NCBI GenBank assembly: GCA_040755455.1
Contig: JBFMAY010000048.1
Coordinates: 1-26,173, forward strand
DNA length: 26,173 bases
Origin: Thermodesulfobacteriota bacterium
GTDB taxonomy: Bacteria; Desulfobacterota; Desulfobulbia; Desulfobulbales; SURF-16
Direction: 5' to 3'
Positions 18,663 through 26,031 of the stretch are shown here, piece after piece; positions within the stretch are counted from its first letter, which is position 1; every line of letters begins with the position of its first letter. The notes below the pieces were generated by a model. That model saw only the letters and a program-made list of their open reading frames with translations. It made no database searches and was not told the origin of the DNA. The translations under genes were made by a program, and so were the position numbers.

Positions 18663-19463
18663 TTACCCCCTTCCCCCCTTCAGGGCGGCGATGATGGCGG
18701 TCAGCTCATCCGCGCCGGTCAATTCGAGAAAGATCTCCTCCAGGTCGGAATCGTCCAGCTGCGCCTCCCGGCGCAGGCTCTCCAGGGTGCCCAGCGAACG
18801 CAGCCTGCCCTGCACAATGATGGCAATGCGGTCGCAGAGTTCCTCGGCGATTTCGAGCGAATGGGTGGAGAGAAAGATGCTGTTGCCCTTGCGGGCATGG
18901 TTCTTCAACAGCTCCTTGACGATTCTGGCGCTTTTCGGGTCAAGGCCCACCATGGGCTCATCAACAATGATCAGCGGGCTGTCCAGCATGAATGCCGCGG
19001 TCATGATGATCTTCTGCCGCATGCCGTGGGAATAGCACTCGATCAGATGATGCTGCCAGTCCAACAGGTCGAAGAGCCGCAGATAATGCTCCGTGGTGGC
19101 GAACTGTTCCCGGGGCAGATTGTAGAGGCTGGCGACAAACTGGAGAAACTCGTGGCCGGTCAGCTTCTCGTACAGATAGGGCCGGTCCGGGATATAGGCC
19201 GTGAGCTGCTTGCAGGCCGCGGGCTCGATGGCCATGTCATGACCGCGGATGGTGATGGTTCCGCCGTCGGGCCTCAGCAGGCCGGCCAGCATTTTGATGG
19301 TGGTTGTTTTGCCCGCGCCGTTGGGACCGAGAAAGGCAAAAATCTCCCCGGCCTTGACGGCAAAGCTCACCTCGGCAACCGCCGTGTAACCGCCAAACCG
19401 CTTGGTCAGCCCGGCAACCTCCAGGGCGTTGGTCTCACCGTGTCTCTTCATGTTTTCCTTCAT
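18663..19463 (-). CDS. ABC transporter ATP-binding protein (EcsA-like)
   Basis: Walker A GPNGAGKTT, signature YSHGMRQK, Walker B IIVDEPMVGLDP and H-loop STH. An alternative ATG lies at 19451. Confidence 0.95.
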   Translation of the reverse strand: MKENMKRHGETNALEVAGLTKRFGGYTAVAEVSFAVKAGEIFAFLGPNGAGKTTTIKMLAGLLRPDGGTITIRGHDMAIEPAACKQLTAYIPDRPYLYEKLTGHEFLQFVASLYNLPREQFATTEHYLRLFDLLDWQHHLIECYSHGMRQKIIMTAAFMLDSPLIIVDEPMVGLDPKSARIVKELLKNHARKGNSIFLSTHSLEIAEELCDRIAIIVQGRLRSLGTLESLRREAQLDDSDLEEIFLELTGADELTAIIAALKGGRG

Positions 19464-19469
19464 CGGTTA

Positions 19470-20918
19470 TCACTTGCCTGGCAGGATCTGCAGATTGCCG
19501 AGCAGTGCCCCGATTCTTACCTGCTCCCTGGTTTCGCCGATGACAAAACGGATATGGCTGAGGTCGGCGGGCAGCTGATCCCTGGTGGTATCCAGGCTCA
19601 GCCATTGGCCGTCCACGCACACCTCATTCCAGGCATGATAATAAAAAGCGCCCGCATGAAAGGTCACGCCCGCGGCAATACGGGCCGGGATGCCCGCGCT
19701 GCGGGCCAGGGCGGCAAAAAGCACGGCGTGCTCATTGCAGTCACCCATCTTGCGCTCCAGGGTGGCCACCGCATCCGGGATGCCGATCACCGGCCTTTTT
19801 TCCAGATTATCATAAACCCAGCGGGCAATGGCCTGTACCCGGCCCAGCGGGCTTGTCATATTACCGGTTATCCCGTCGGCCAGGGCATTGATCTTTGCAT
19901 GGTCCGCCTGGATATACGGCGTGGCCGCCAGCTCGGCATTGGTCCCCTGGCAGATGAGGGCATCAGCGGCAGGTATTTTTTCCCGGCGGATCGTCAGGAT
20001 ATCGTTCCGCCAGCGCTGCCTGCCGCCGTCTAAAGCAAATTCAGCCGCCTCCGGCAGCACCAGCCTGAAGGAAATCTCCTCAAGCCCGGCCAGGCGTGCC
20101 AGATCGCCAGCAAAAGGCACCGCCACACTCTGCAGAATATCCTGGCCTTTCCTTGTAATGTCCCGGGCCTGAAACTCCGGTTCACTTAAGAAAACAAAAC
20201 CGGCCGGCGACTCCTCCTTGATCACCTTGCCGTCCTCATCGAGCCAGCTGCTTATTCTGATACCGGAAAAATTTTCCTCAAAATGATGCAGCAGATACAT
20301 ACGATCCTTGATCCGTGTTTTGACAAAACCCTTGTACTCGACCACCGTGTCCTTGCCGCTTAACGAAAGAGGATCGAAATAGGCGATCCTGACCTTGTCG
20401 CCGGCATGCAGCCCCTGGTTCAGCAGATAGCCCCGCTGGTTGAGCGCCAGAAACGGCGGGGAGTCCAGGGTGATGGTGTCTTCGATTTTTTCCTTGCCGT
20501 TGACCAGGGTGAAGTCAACCCTCCTGCCGGTCACCTTGCCGCTGGCCTGCATGGTATAAAATGGCGATGACATGGAAAAGGCAAAATCCCGCAGGAGAAA
20601 ATCCCCTGACAAACGGGCCGTGACCTCCATCCGCACCGGATAATTTTTCTGGAGCACAAAGAGATTGAGCAGGGCATCCTGGCTGAGGCTGATAAGACCG
20701 TCATCGCCCCGGCGCAGGACGTTTTTCACGTAACCGATGCGCTCGCCCTTGAAGAACACCCCGGCGAAACTCTCCTGGCCGGCCTTTGCCAGCACCTCAT
20801 TTTCATGGAGGTCAAGCCTTTTGACAAAGTAATCCCGCTGGAGCAGGGCAACAAACAGTAAGACCCAGGCCAGTATGACGGCAATTTTCCCGACGGCAAT
20901 AAGTCGTTGACGAAACAT
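19470..20918 (-). CDS. Membrane-anchored transglutaminase-like cysteine enzyme
   Basis: N-terminal TM (IAVILAWVLLFVALL). C-terminal triad motifs GDCNEHA, ALARSAGIPAR, YYHAWNEV and WLSLDTT. Confidence 0.9.
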   Translation of the reverse strand: MFRQRLIAVGKIAVILAWVLLFVALLQRDYFVKRLDLHENEVLAKAGQESFAGVFFKGERIGYVKNVLRRGDDGLISLSQDALLNLFVLQKNYPVRMEVTARLSGDFLLRDFAFSMSSPFYTMQASGKVTGRRVDFTLVNGKEKIEDTITLDSPPFLALNQRGYLLNQGLHAGDKVRIAYFDPLSLSGKDTVVEYKGFVKTRIKDRMYLLHHFEENFSGIRISSWLDEDGKVIKEESPAGFVFLSEPEFQARDITRKGQDILQSVAVPFAGDLARLAGLEEISFRLVLPEAAEFALDGGRQRWRNDILTIRREKIPAADALICQGTNAELAATPYIQADHAKINALADGITGNMTSPLGRVQAIARWVYDNLEKRPVIGIPDAVATLERKMGDCNEHAVLFAALARSAGIPARIAAGVTFHAGAFYYHAWNEVCVDGQWLSLDTTRDQLPADLSHIRFVIGETREQVRIGALLGNLQILPGK

Positions 20919-21032
20919 GGGGACCAGATACCAAAAAAACAGGGCATGATGCGCGGTAATAATAAAAAGGGTCAGGCCGGGACGAGCATGCCTATCCAGT
21001 CCCCAACCGTCTTTTTCTGTTATTATTTTTTT

Positions 21033-21076
21033 TTCATTGACAATGAACTTTTAATCACTTCATTATAAATTAATAA
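21033..21076. promoter_or_regulatory. AT-rich divergent promoter region with two 7-1-7 palindromes
   Basis: TTCATTG-A-CAATGAA (21033-21047, containing TTGACA) and ATTATAA-A-TTATAAT (21062-21076). Confidence 0.45.
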
Positions 21077-21146
21077 TCAAGACAGGTTACCTCTGCTCTC
21101 AAAATAGATGAAGCTATAGAAACTGGCAAACAGGGAGGATAAGAAG

Positions 21147-21488
21147 ATGGCAAGCAAAACTACTCATTCAACATCCAAGTCCACGGACGCTAAGGCCAAA
21201 GCAAAAAGAAAAACGATCCAGTCTACTGAGTTTTCCCTTTCAGCTCCGGAGGCCAAGGAAGTCTTTGTTGCCGGAGATTTCAATAACTGGAACGCCTCCG
21301 AACATGCGATGCGTAAATTCAAAGACGGAAAATATATCAAAAAGCTGAAGCTGAAACCGGGCAGATACGAATACCAGTTTGTTGTTGACGGCCAATGGTG
21401 GACTGACCCGGCCAATCCCAATCGCCAGCCGAATTCCTTTGGTTCGGAAAACTCGGTGATCGAGATCAACGACAACGTGATCTGTTAG
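21147..21488 (+). CDS. Stand-alone CBM48 / isoamylase early-set (glycogen-binding) domain protein
   Basis: Strong RBS GGAGGA. APEAKEVFVAGDFNNWN, LKPGRYEYQFVVDGQW..DP.NP and NSFGSENSV. Basic N-terminal tail. Confidence 0.92.
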   Translation: MASKTTHSTSKSTDAKAKAKRKTIQSTEFSLSAPEAKEVFVAGDFNNWNASEHAMRKFKDGKYIKKLKLKPGRYEYQFVVDGQWWTDPANPNRQPNSFGSENSVIEINDNVIC

Positions 21489-21600
21489 CCGGCTTACCCG
21501 TTTATAGGAAAGTCCTTTGTCTGTCTAGTTGTGCAGGCGAGGACGCAGGAGCGGGCCTTTGTTTCCACCTGCGGAGATGGGGTTAGCCGGCTTACCCGTT
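21484..21600 (+). repeat. Exact 19-bp direct repeat flanking 79 bp
   Basis: GTTAGCCGGCTTACCCGTT at 21484-21502 (overlapping the CBM48 stop codon) and at 21582-21600. Confidence 0.9.
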
Positions 21601-21608
21601 GAAATCCA

Positions 21609-21655
21609 CCACAGAGCGCACAGAGTCATGGCGGCCACTCCGTGTGCTCTTGTGG
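21609..21655. terminator. Imperfect inverted repeat between convergent genes
   Basis: CCACAGAGCGCACAGAGT ... ACTCCGTGTGCTCTTGTGG, ending 10 bp from the pycB-like stop. No U-tract. Confidence 0.45.
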
Positions 21656-21664
21656 CGTCATATG

Positions 21665-23593
21665 CTACTTCTGCTTGCCTGCCTCATCTCCTTCGCAGGT
21701 GATCTTCAGAATTTTGCCGCCGACCTTTAAGGGGTCGCCAACCTTGACGGCAATCTTTTCCACCTTGCCGGCCACGGCAGCAAGGACAGGCGTCTGCATT
21801 TTCATGGCCTCAAGCACAACCAGCTTATCGCCGGCCGCAACCTCCTGTCCAGCCGCAACACTGACCTCACAGACATTGGCGCCAAACGGCGCACGCACGT
21901 CACCTATTTTGGCCAGTTCCTGTATTTCCTTTTTAGACAGGGTCACTTCCTTGACTGCCCCTTCCTCCTTGGCCTCGGCGGGCATAATGAAAACCCGCTG
22001 GTGATGATCGACATTGAGATAGATGCTGGTCGAGCCATCCTCATGTTTGTGCACGGGACCAATATCAAGGATATGCCCTTTGCCGTTATGGTCGACGAAC
22101 TCCAGGGCCTCTCCCAGGGCAAAACCGCCGCGTTTGAAGAAGATCGCCGGGGGCAGCACGTAGACCTTGCCGAATTTTTCCTCAAACTTGAAGAAATCAA
22201 CCGCATCATTGGGATGCTGGAGATAGGTTACCAGCTGCTGCTCTGTCGGCTCATAGCCGAGGCGTTCCTGCAGGATTGCCCGCTCCTTGTCAATGTCGAT
22301 ATCATCGATCTCCATGATGCCGCCCTGTTCCTCGATGATCTTTCGCCAGTCCGGGCCAAAGGCCTTCTCGTAAATCCAGTTTTCCGGGCAGTAGAAAGGG
22401 AAAGGCCCGTATTTGCCGAGCAGCAGATTTTTCAGATCACCGGAACAGTTGCCGTACCTCTCGCCGCTCTGCACATTGCTCACCGCGGTGGTCCAGAGAA
22501 TCTGCGAACCGGGGGTCACGCTCCACCAATTGCCAAGCTCCCGCTGCACCCTGGGCAGTTCCTCATGGAGGATCTCGGACATCTTATGGAGAAAGCCGCC
22601 CTTGACCGCCTGCTCGAAACTGCTGCCCATGGCGCCGCCGGGCAGTTTGTGAATCTGCACCGTGGGCAGAAAGCCCTTGAACTGGGATTCGAAATATTCG
22701 TAATACTTGCGCTGGCCGCGCAGGATCCCGGAGGTCTCGATCACCGCCCCCTCATCGACGCCGACCGCCGTATGGCCATAGTCCTTCAAGGTCTGGATGA
22801 CGCTCAGGATCGGCGGCGGGCCGAAATAACCGGTAAAGGCGTGGTCCGCGGCATCGACGATGTTGGCCCCGTTGAGTACCGCCGCGGTGATGCGGCCGAT
22901 GTCATTGCTGTCGGTGTTGTGGCCATGGTAATGAATAACCAGTTCCGGATACCTGTCCCTGATGGCCTTCACCAGATCGCCGATCCGTTTCGGGGTGCCC
23001 AGTCCGCCATGGTTCTTGATGCACAGGGAGATATCCACGCCGGTCACGGCAATGATCTCGCCGACCTTGCCCACGTAATACTCATCCGTATGCTCCGGCC
23101 CGGTGGAAAAACAGATGCTCGGCTCCAGCAGCTTGCCCGCCTTCTGCACCTCCTCGAAAACCGCCTGCATGTTCGGCACATGGTTCATGAAATCAAACAC
23201 CCGCCACACATCCACGTACTTGGCGAACTCCCGGACGGCCAGGCGGATGACGTTCTGGGGATAGGGCCGGTAACCGAAGAGATTCACCCCCCGGCACAGG
23301 GTCTGGAACATGGTATTGGGCATCTTTTCCCGCAACAGCTTCAGCTTGAGGAAGGGATCAACCTGCTTGCGCAGGATATCCACATGCACCGAGGCACCGC
23401 CGGTGATTTCCAGCGAGAAATACCCGGCCCGCTCACGGGCCTCGGCGGCCAGCAGGTCCGTGTGAAGCAGGATCCGGTTCTTGAAATCCGACTGTGACAG
23501 GTCACGGGCGGTGTTGGTGATGAAATAGCCGTCCGCCTCGCGCACTCTTTTCAAAATTTCACTGCTATGCATACCTTGAACTATTCGGTCCAT
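21665..23593 (-). CDS. pycB: Pyruvate carboxylase subunit B-like (carboxyltransferase plus biotin carrier domain)
   Basis: RD..QS, RGVNLFGYRPYP, RVFD..N, an HxH metal motif (HYHGH), PGG, VTPGSQI and the biotinylation motif EAMKM. RBS AAGGAG. Confidence 0.82.
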   Translation of the reverse strand: MDRIVQGMHSSEILKRVREADGYFITNTARDLSQSDFKNRILLHTDLLAAEARERAGYFSLEITGGASVHVDILRKQVDPFLKLKLLREKMPNTMFQTLCRGVNLFGYRPYPQNVIRLAVREFAKYVDVWRVFDFMNHVPNMQAVFEEVQKAGKLLEPSICFSTGPEHTDEYYVGKVGEIIAVTGVDISLCIKNHGGLGTPKRIGDLVKAIRDRYPELVIHYHGHNTDSNDIGRITAAVLNGANIVDAADHAFTGYFGPPPILSVIQTLKDYGHTAVGVDEGAVIETSGILRGQRKYYEYFESQFKGFLPTVQIHKLPGGAMGSSFEQAVKGGFLHKMSEILHEELPRVQRELGNWWSVTPGSQILWTTAVSNVQSGERYGNCSGDLKNLLLGKYGPFPFYCPENWIYEKAFGPDWRKIIEEQGGIMEIDDIDIDKERAILQERLGYEPTEQQLVTYLQHPNDAVDFFKFEEKFGKVYVLPPAIFFKRGGFALGEALEFVDHNGKGHILDIGPVHKHEDGSTSIYLNVDHHQRVFIMPAEAKEEGAVKEVTLSKKEIQELAKIGDVRAPFGANVCEVSVAAGQEVAAGDKLVVLEAMKMQTPVLAAVAGKVEKIAVKVGDPLKVGGKILKITCEGDEAGKQK

Positions 23594-23765
23594 GGTGACT
23601 CCTTATAGAATACCACAGGGGCCCATGCGCCCTGTGCTCTTGTCGTTTGCCAACAACCTGTCATGCCGTTTTGAAAAAAAAAACACTTGCAACATCGCAA
23701 TACTGTAACGGCATAAGGGGCCGTAACGAAATGGCCGGAAAGTAATGTTTATTCACTAACGGCCC

Positions 23766-25208
23766 CTAAATGGCGTATTTGTTTTCCTTTTTGAAATGGA
23801 TTTCCGCAACCAGCCTGGCCAGCTTGTTCACCTCGCAGGGATCATCCTTGTAGTCGAACAGATCAGGATGGGTTTCCAGATAGGAGGTGTCAAAATCACC
23901 CCGCTGGAAATCAGGATCATTGACCAGGTTCAGATAAAAGGGGATGGTGGTTTTGGGGCCGACAATCGTATAGTTACGCAGACAGCGCCGCAACCGGTCC
24001 ACCGTCTCGTTCCAGGTAAAGCCGAACACGGTCAGTTTCACCAGCAGCGAGTCATAGACCTCGGGAATGGTGAAACCCTGGTAGACAAAACCGTCGAGAC
24101 GCACCCCGTAGCCGCCGGGAGAACGGTAAACGGTAACGGTTTTGCCCCCTTCTGGCATGAAATTATTCTGCGGGTCTTCGGCATTGATCCGCATTTCAAT
24201 GGCATGACCGCGCAGCCTGATGTCATCCTGGGTGAAGGAAAGCGGTTTGCCCAGGGCCAGCTTGATCTGGGTCCTGACGATATCGATGCCGCTCACCATT
24301 TCGGTGACGGTATGCTCCACCTGCACCCTGGTGTTGATCTCCATGAAATAGAATTTATTGTCCTTGTCCACCAGGAACTCGACCGTGCCGGCATTGAAGT
24401 AGTTTGACGCCCTGGCCGCCTGGACCGCGGTGGCGCAGATGTCAGCAAGCAGCTTCTTGTCGCTGATCATGGACGGCGCTATTTCAACGAGCTTCTGGTT
24501 ACGGCGCTGGATGGAGCAGTCGCGGGTGCCCAGGTGGACGGTATTGCCGAAATTGTCCGCCATGATTTGCACTTCGACATGCTTGGGTTTGAGAATCACC
24601 TTTTCCAGGTAGACATTGTCGTTGTTAAAGGCCGCCTTGGCCTCGGACCTGGCCATGGGCAACTGCTCCTTGAGCTGGCCGTCGTTTTCAATGAGCCTGA
24701 TGCCGCGGCCGCCGCCGCCGGCGGTGGCCTTGAGCATGACCGGATAGCCATACTTGGCGGCGAACTCCAGGGCCTCGGTCAGGCCGGCCTCGCCCTGGGT
24801 GAGATTTTTCGTGCCCGGCACCATGGGGATGCCGGCCGCGGCCATGATGTTTCTGGCCATCACCTTATCCCCCAATTTACTGATTACCTCATGGGGAGGG
24901 CCGATGAAGATGATGCCCGCCTCTTCACAGGCCTTGGCAAAATCGGGATTTTCCGCCAGGAAACCATAGCCGGGATGGATGGCGTCAACGCCATGGTCCT
25001 TGGCCGCCTTGATGATTTTGGCGATATTAAGGTAATCACGCCGGGGGCCGTCGCCGATCCAGATGGCCTCATCCGCCACCCGGATATGCAATGCCCCGTT
25101 ATCCGGCGTTTCATAAATCGCCACCGCCACATGCCCAAGCTCCTGAATCGCGCGAATGATCCGCAGGGCGATTTCACCGCGGTTTGCCACCATTATCTTC
25201 TTTTTCAA
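23766..25208 (-). CDS. pycA: Biotin carboxylase subunit (pyruvate carboxylase subunit A-like)
   Basis: TTG start after GAGGTG. ANRGEIA, HPGYGFLAEN, KATAGGGGRG, RDCSIQRRNQK, FMEINTRVQVEH, RINAEDP and YDSLLVK. Confidence 0.92.
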   Translation of the reverse strand: MKKKIMVANRGEIALRIIRAIQELGHVAVAIYETPDNGALHIRVADEAIWIGDGPRRDYLNIAKIIKAAKDHGVDAIHPGYGFLAENPDFAKACEEAGIIFIGPPHEVISKLGDKVMARNIMAAAGIPMVPGTKNLTQGEAGLTEALEFAAKYGYPVMLKATAGGGGRGIRLIENDGQLKEQLPMARSEAKAAFNNDNVYLEKVILKPKHVEVQIMADNFGNTVHLGTRDCSIQRRNQKLVEIAPSMISDKKLLADICATAVQAARASNYFNAGTVEFLVDKDNKFYFMEINTRVQVEHTVTEMVSGIDIVRTQIKLALGKPLSFTQDDIRLRGHAIEMRINAEDPQNNFMPEGGKTVTVYRSPGGYGVRLDGFVYQGFTIPEVYDSLLVKLTVFGFTWNETVDRLRRCLRNYTIVGPKTTIPFYLNLVNDPDFQRGDFDTSYLETHPDLFDYKDDPCEVNKLARLVAEIHFKKENKYAI

Positions 25209-25231
25209 GAGATCACCTCATATAATTCATT

Positions 25232-25250
25232 TTGCTTGTCAGACAAACAA
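25232..25250. promoter_or_regulatory. Palindromic operator candidate (GntR/FadR-type) upstream of pycA
   Basis: TTGCTTGTC-A-GACAAACAA. The core TTGTCAGACAA fits the FadR-subfamily pattern TxGTxxxACxA. Confidence 0.5.
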
Positions 25251-25405
25251 TTCACTATCTTGGTTCCAAAACAGGCTGTCGCTGCACATGGTTCTCCCCC
25301 GGCATTCGATTTCTGGCCTCTGAAAATTTACTGATATCGAGTTTCTCAGGGGGAAAGGAGGATGACAAGGACAGCCCGGAGCTGAACTAATTCAAACGGA
25401 AAAAA

Positions 25406-25434
25406 AACTTAACAGAGAATGTTCCATTAGGCAA
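25406..25434 (-). promoter_or_regulatory. Candidate sigma70 promoter of the pyc operon
   Basis: Minus strand reads TTGCCT, a 17-bp spacer ending in TGn, then TAAGTT. Confidence 0.4.
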
Positions 25435-25507
25435 GCAGAAACAGAATTTCAGGCGGACAGACGGATAGGGCCGCCGGTTTGCCGGTGCACAGCGGAACAG
25501 GCAGGAA

Positions 25508-25539
25508 AACGTTCCAGCGATCAAACGTTGAAACGTTGC
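25508..25539. repeat. Degenerate 8-bp tandem array, copy 3
   Basis: AACGTTCC AGCGATCA AACGTTGA AACGTTGC. Confidence 0.65.
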
Positions 25540-25581
25540 CGCGTTATTGTAGCAGCCCGTTTGGTAACCCCCGTTGATGGC

Positions 25582-25606
25582 GTAGGGGCAGGCCTTGTGC
25601 CTGCCC
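25582..25606 (+). repeat. Single GTAG-type REP (second family)
   Basis: GTAG followed by the 8-bp stem GGGCAGGC-CTTGT-GCCTGCCC. Confidence 0.8.
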
Positions 25607-25629
25607 TGTCATGCCCGCCCTGTTTCCCG

Positions 25630-25752
25630 TTAACGCTGAAAGGCGTGCAATCCTAGCCATTTTTTGTAAGAGGCATGAGCGGTTTCCGGAATTTTCCCGG
25701 CCCGCACATACGCCTCGTAACTTGCCTGTAATGCGGCAGAGACTGAGAGCAT
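25630..25752 (-). pseudogene. N-terminal fragment resembling long-form integron integrases
   Basis: RBS GGAG 8 nt before the ATG. The peptide MLSVSAALQASYEAYVRAGKIPETAHASYKKWL matches, from memory, the N-terminal extension (...IP...H..YKKWLRYYLDFC) of deltaproteobacterial integron integrases. It breaks off after YKKWL and stops at 40 aa. Confidence 0.55.
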
Positions 25753-25933
25753 TCGGAGTTCTCCACTGGTTATTCCTCCATTCGAGATGATTTACGGAAA
25801 AGCAACAATTCGCGCAAAATTGGCTTGTTAAGAAAAAAATATTGAGGTATTCGAAAGATAACGTTCATGTGCAGTTAAACGGCCGATGTTTCCGCCCTGA
25901 GAGAACATGCGGAGCACCCTGTATTTTGGGGAG

Positions 25934-25964
25934 ATATACAGGTCTGTAGAATTACTTGTTAAGT
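25934..25964 (+). other. Candidate attI site
   Basis: ATATACAGGTCTGTAGAATTACTT followed by GTTAAGT (a GTTRRRY core, 25958-25964). It lies about 200 bp upstream of the integrase-like fragment and points away from it. Confidence 0.3.
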
Positions 25965-25975
25965 ACGGTAGCACG

Positions 25976-26004
25976 GTAGGTTGGGGTGAGGAACGAACCC
26001 CAAC
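25976..26004 (+). repeat. GTAG-type REP (third family) immediately upstream of the RAYT
   Basis: GTAG followed by GTTGGGGT-GAGGAACGA-ACCCCAAC (8-bp stem). Confidence 0.85.
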
Positions 26005-26031
26005 AATGTGTCATGAGACCGGAGGGATGCA

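Noticed and set aside
15361..20918. LapD/LapG-like system (GGDEF-EAL plus transglutaminase-like protease)
   Set aside because: The genes are convergent. The GGDEF-EAL protein has intact catalytic motifs and lacks a large periplasmic/HAMP region, and the enzyme is far larger than LapG.
19470..20918. Lasso-peptide leader peptidase in a RiPP cluster
   Set aside because: No lasso cyclase, RRE protein or precursor peptide is nearby.
20957..21030. Long imperfect hairpin upstream of the transglutaminase gene as an ncRNA
   Set aside because: The pairing rests mostly on low-complexity A/T runs, and no known RNA motif was recognised.
21484..21600. Possible mini-CRISPR or attC site
   Set aside because: There are only two 19-bp repeats with a 79-bp spacer and no cas genes. 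There is no complementary RYYYAAC box to form an attC.
15370..23497. Other long antisense ORFs (485, 478 and 498 aa)
   Set aside because: Each lies opposite a well-supported gene and lacks motifs.
25918..25942. LexA box at the integrase-like promoter (CCTGTAT...ATACAGG)
   Set aside because: The spacing between CTGT and ACAG is 15 bp, not the 8 bp of the E. coli-type SOS box.
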